A DNA stretch of 63,116 bases, counting the filler, from Olpidium bornovanus S191 (Eukaryota > Fungi > Olpidiomycota), in NCBI GenBank assembly GCA_017911155.1. It is 27 parts of 27 records of this genome, joined end to end, with 100 filler letters (N's around TTAATTAATTAA, not from the genome) between each part and the next. Parts side by side here need not be neighbours in the genome. Positions count along the whole stretch, not along the records: positions 59,694 to 63,116 come from JAEFCI010012071.1; 26 more parts are not named here. The stretch is one strand, 5' to 3'. This document shows positions 62,400 to 63,116 of the stretch, one piece after another; position 1 is the first letter of the stretch; every line of letters begins with the position of its first letter. Position numbers and translations under genes: made by a program. Under the pieces are notes generated by a model, which was not told the DNA's origin, made no database searches, and saw only the letters and a program-made list of their open reading frames with translations.

Positions 62400-63116
62400 T
62401 CAACAGCCCTATTATCTGTGGCAAAACTACTGGGCCGTTCGTATTATGCATCCTGTATTGTACAATAGCAGTTTGCGGCGAGGTCATATTATTTTTGTAT
62501 TCTAAGTTTGGTACACCATATCGGCTGCAATAAGCGAATTATTGTCAATTATCGGCAAAGCAAGCCTTCATCATACCTATAAGTATAAACCAATTGGATT
62601 TGAATATCATGAATCTTTACTTGAGACCTGGATTGCATACTTACGATATCAATATCGATATAAGCTCTGGAGCTTAGTATTCCACTATCATTTTACCTTT
62701 AGGTGTATAGTAAATAGTATGGTACAATACATTATATCGGTATTGCTATGAGTAAGCGTACGTCTAAATATTGGTTAATGCACTCACTATGCAGGTTATT
62801 ATATTTAAAATGATAGTGGAATAGTTACATTACTGGTACTTATAGTAGAAATACAATGCAATTAAGTATCTTGTAAATACAAATAGTTGCTAACTATTAA
62901 TTGCTAATGCTTAATGCTAAATGCGTACCTACGAATAGCAAACTAAATACAAATGTAATATATAATATAATATACCATAAATAGTGGTACGACATAAATG
63001 GATTCTATTAAATAGATAATGGAAATGAACCATTAACCTTAACTAACTAAGTTAGTGTAATCAATTAATTTAAACCATTTATTATTGAATAGTTATATAT
63101 GATGTAATAGCACATG
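62400..63116. other. Strongly AT-rich, TpA-rich degenerate segment
   Basis: Base composition drifts from GC-rich (window average) to very AT-rich toward the contig end. There are no long ORFs and TATA/TAAT words are abundant. Confidence 0.8.
62678..62823. repeat. 18-bp perfect inverted repeat pair, 110-bp spacer (MITE-like)
   Basis: TATTCCACTATCATTTTA (62678-62695) and TAAAATGATAGTGGAATA (62806-62823). Confidence 0.7.

Overview
This is eukaryotic, not prokaryotic, DNA, and it is not one locus. It is 27 short contigs (about 1.0-7.2 kb) joined by an artificial 100-nt linker (44 N + TTAATTAATTAA + 44 N), so gene neighbourhoods are meaningful only within a contig. The DNA is GC-rich and intron-rich, with long C/G homopolymers. 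Fungal-type housekeeping genes (SDA1, RPC31, mitochondrial HSP70, OSH3, SDH7, POL31, IRE1, IRC6/AAGAB, GDT1, a Rab7 paralog, tRNA-Ile(AAU)) occur with axonemal genes (ZMYND12, CFAP58, a SHIPPO-repeat protein, a WDR87/97-like protein). This points to a flagellated, zoosporic early-diverging fungus (chytrid/Olpidium-like; inference). There are many TE relics: several Ty1/copia pieces (one with a half-tRNAiMet PBS), Ty3/gypsy pieces, a three-layer nested LTR stack and a pogo/Tigger-like transposon end. No CRISPR array, operon or defence island is present, and I cannot honestly claim a new multi-gene system. The best leads are: (1) an AT/TpA-rich RIP-like gradient at the window end; (2) repeated CGA->TGA stops in TE relics, suggesting CpG methylation; (3) a copia 5' leader built from tandem C(UUCG)G hairpin units; (4) a Rab7 paralog with a ~48-aa insertion; (5) a recurring GTCACGTGAC promoter palindrome. 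About 22 of 54 contig ends sit on CATG, most likely a library artefact. All family calls come from recognising motifs by eye; no database searches were run.
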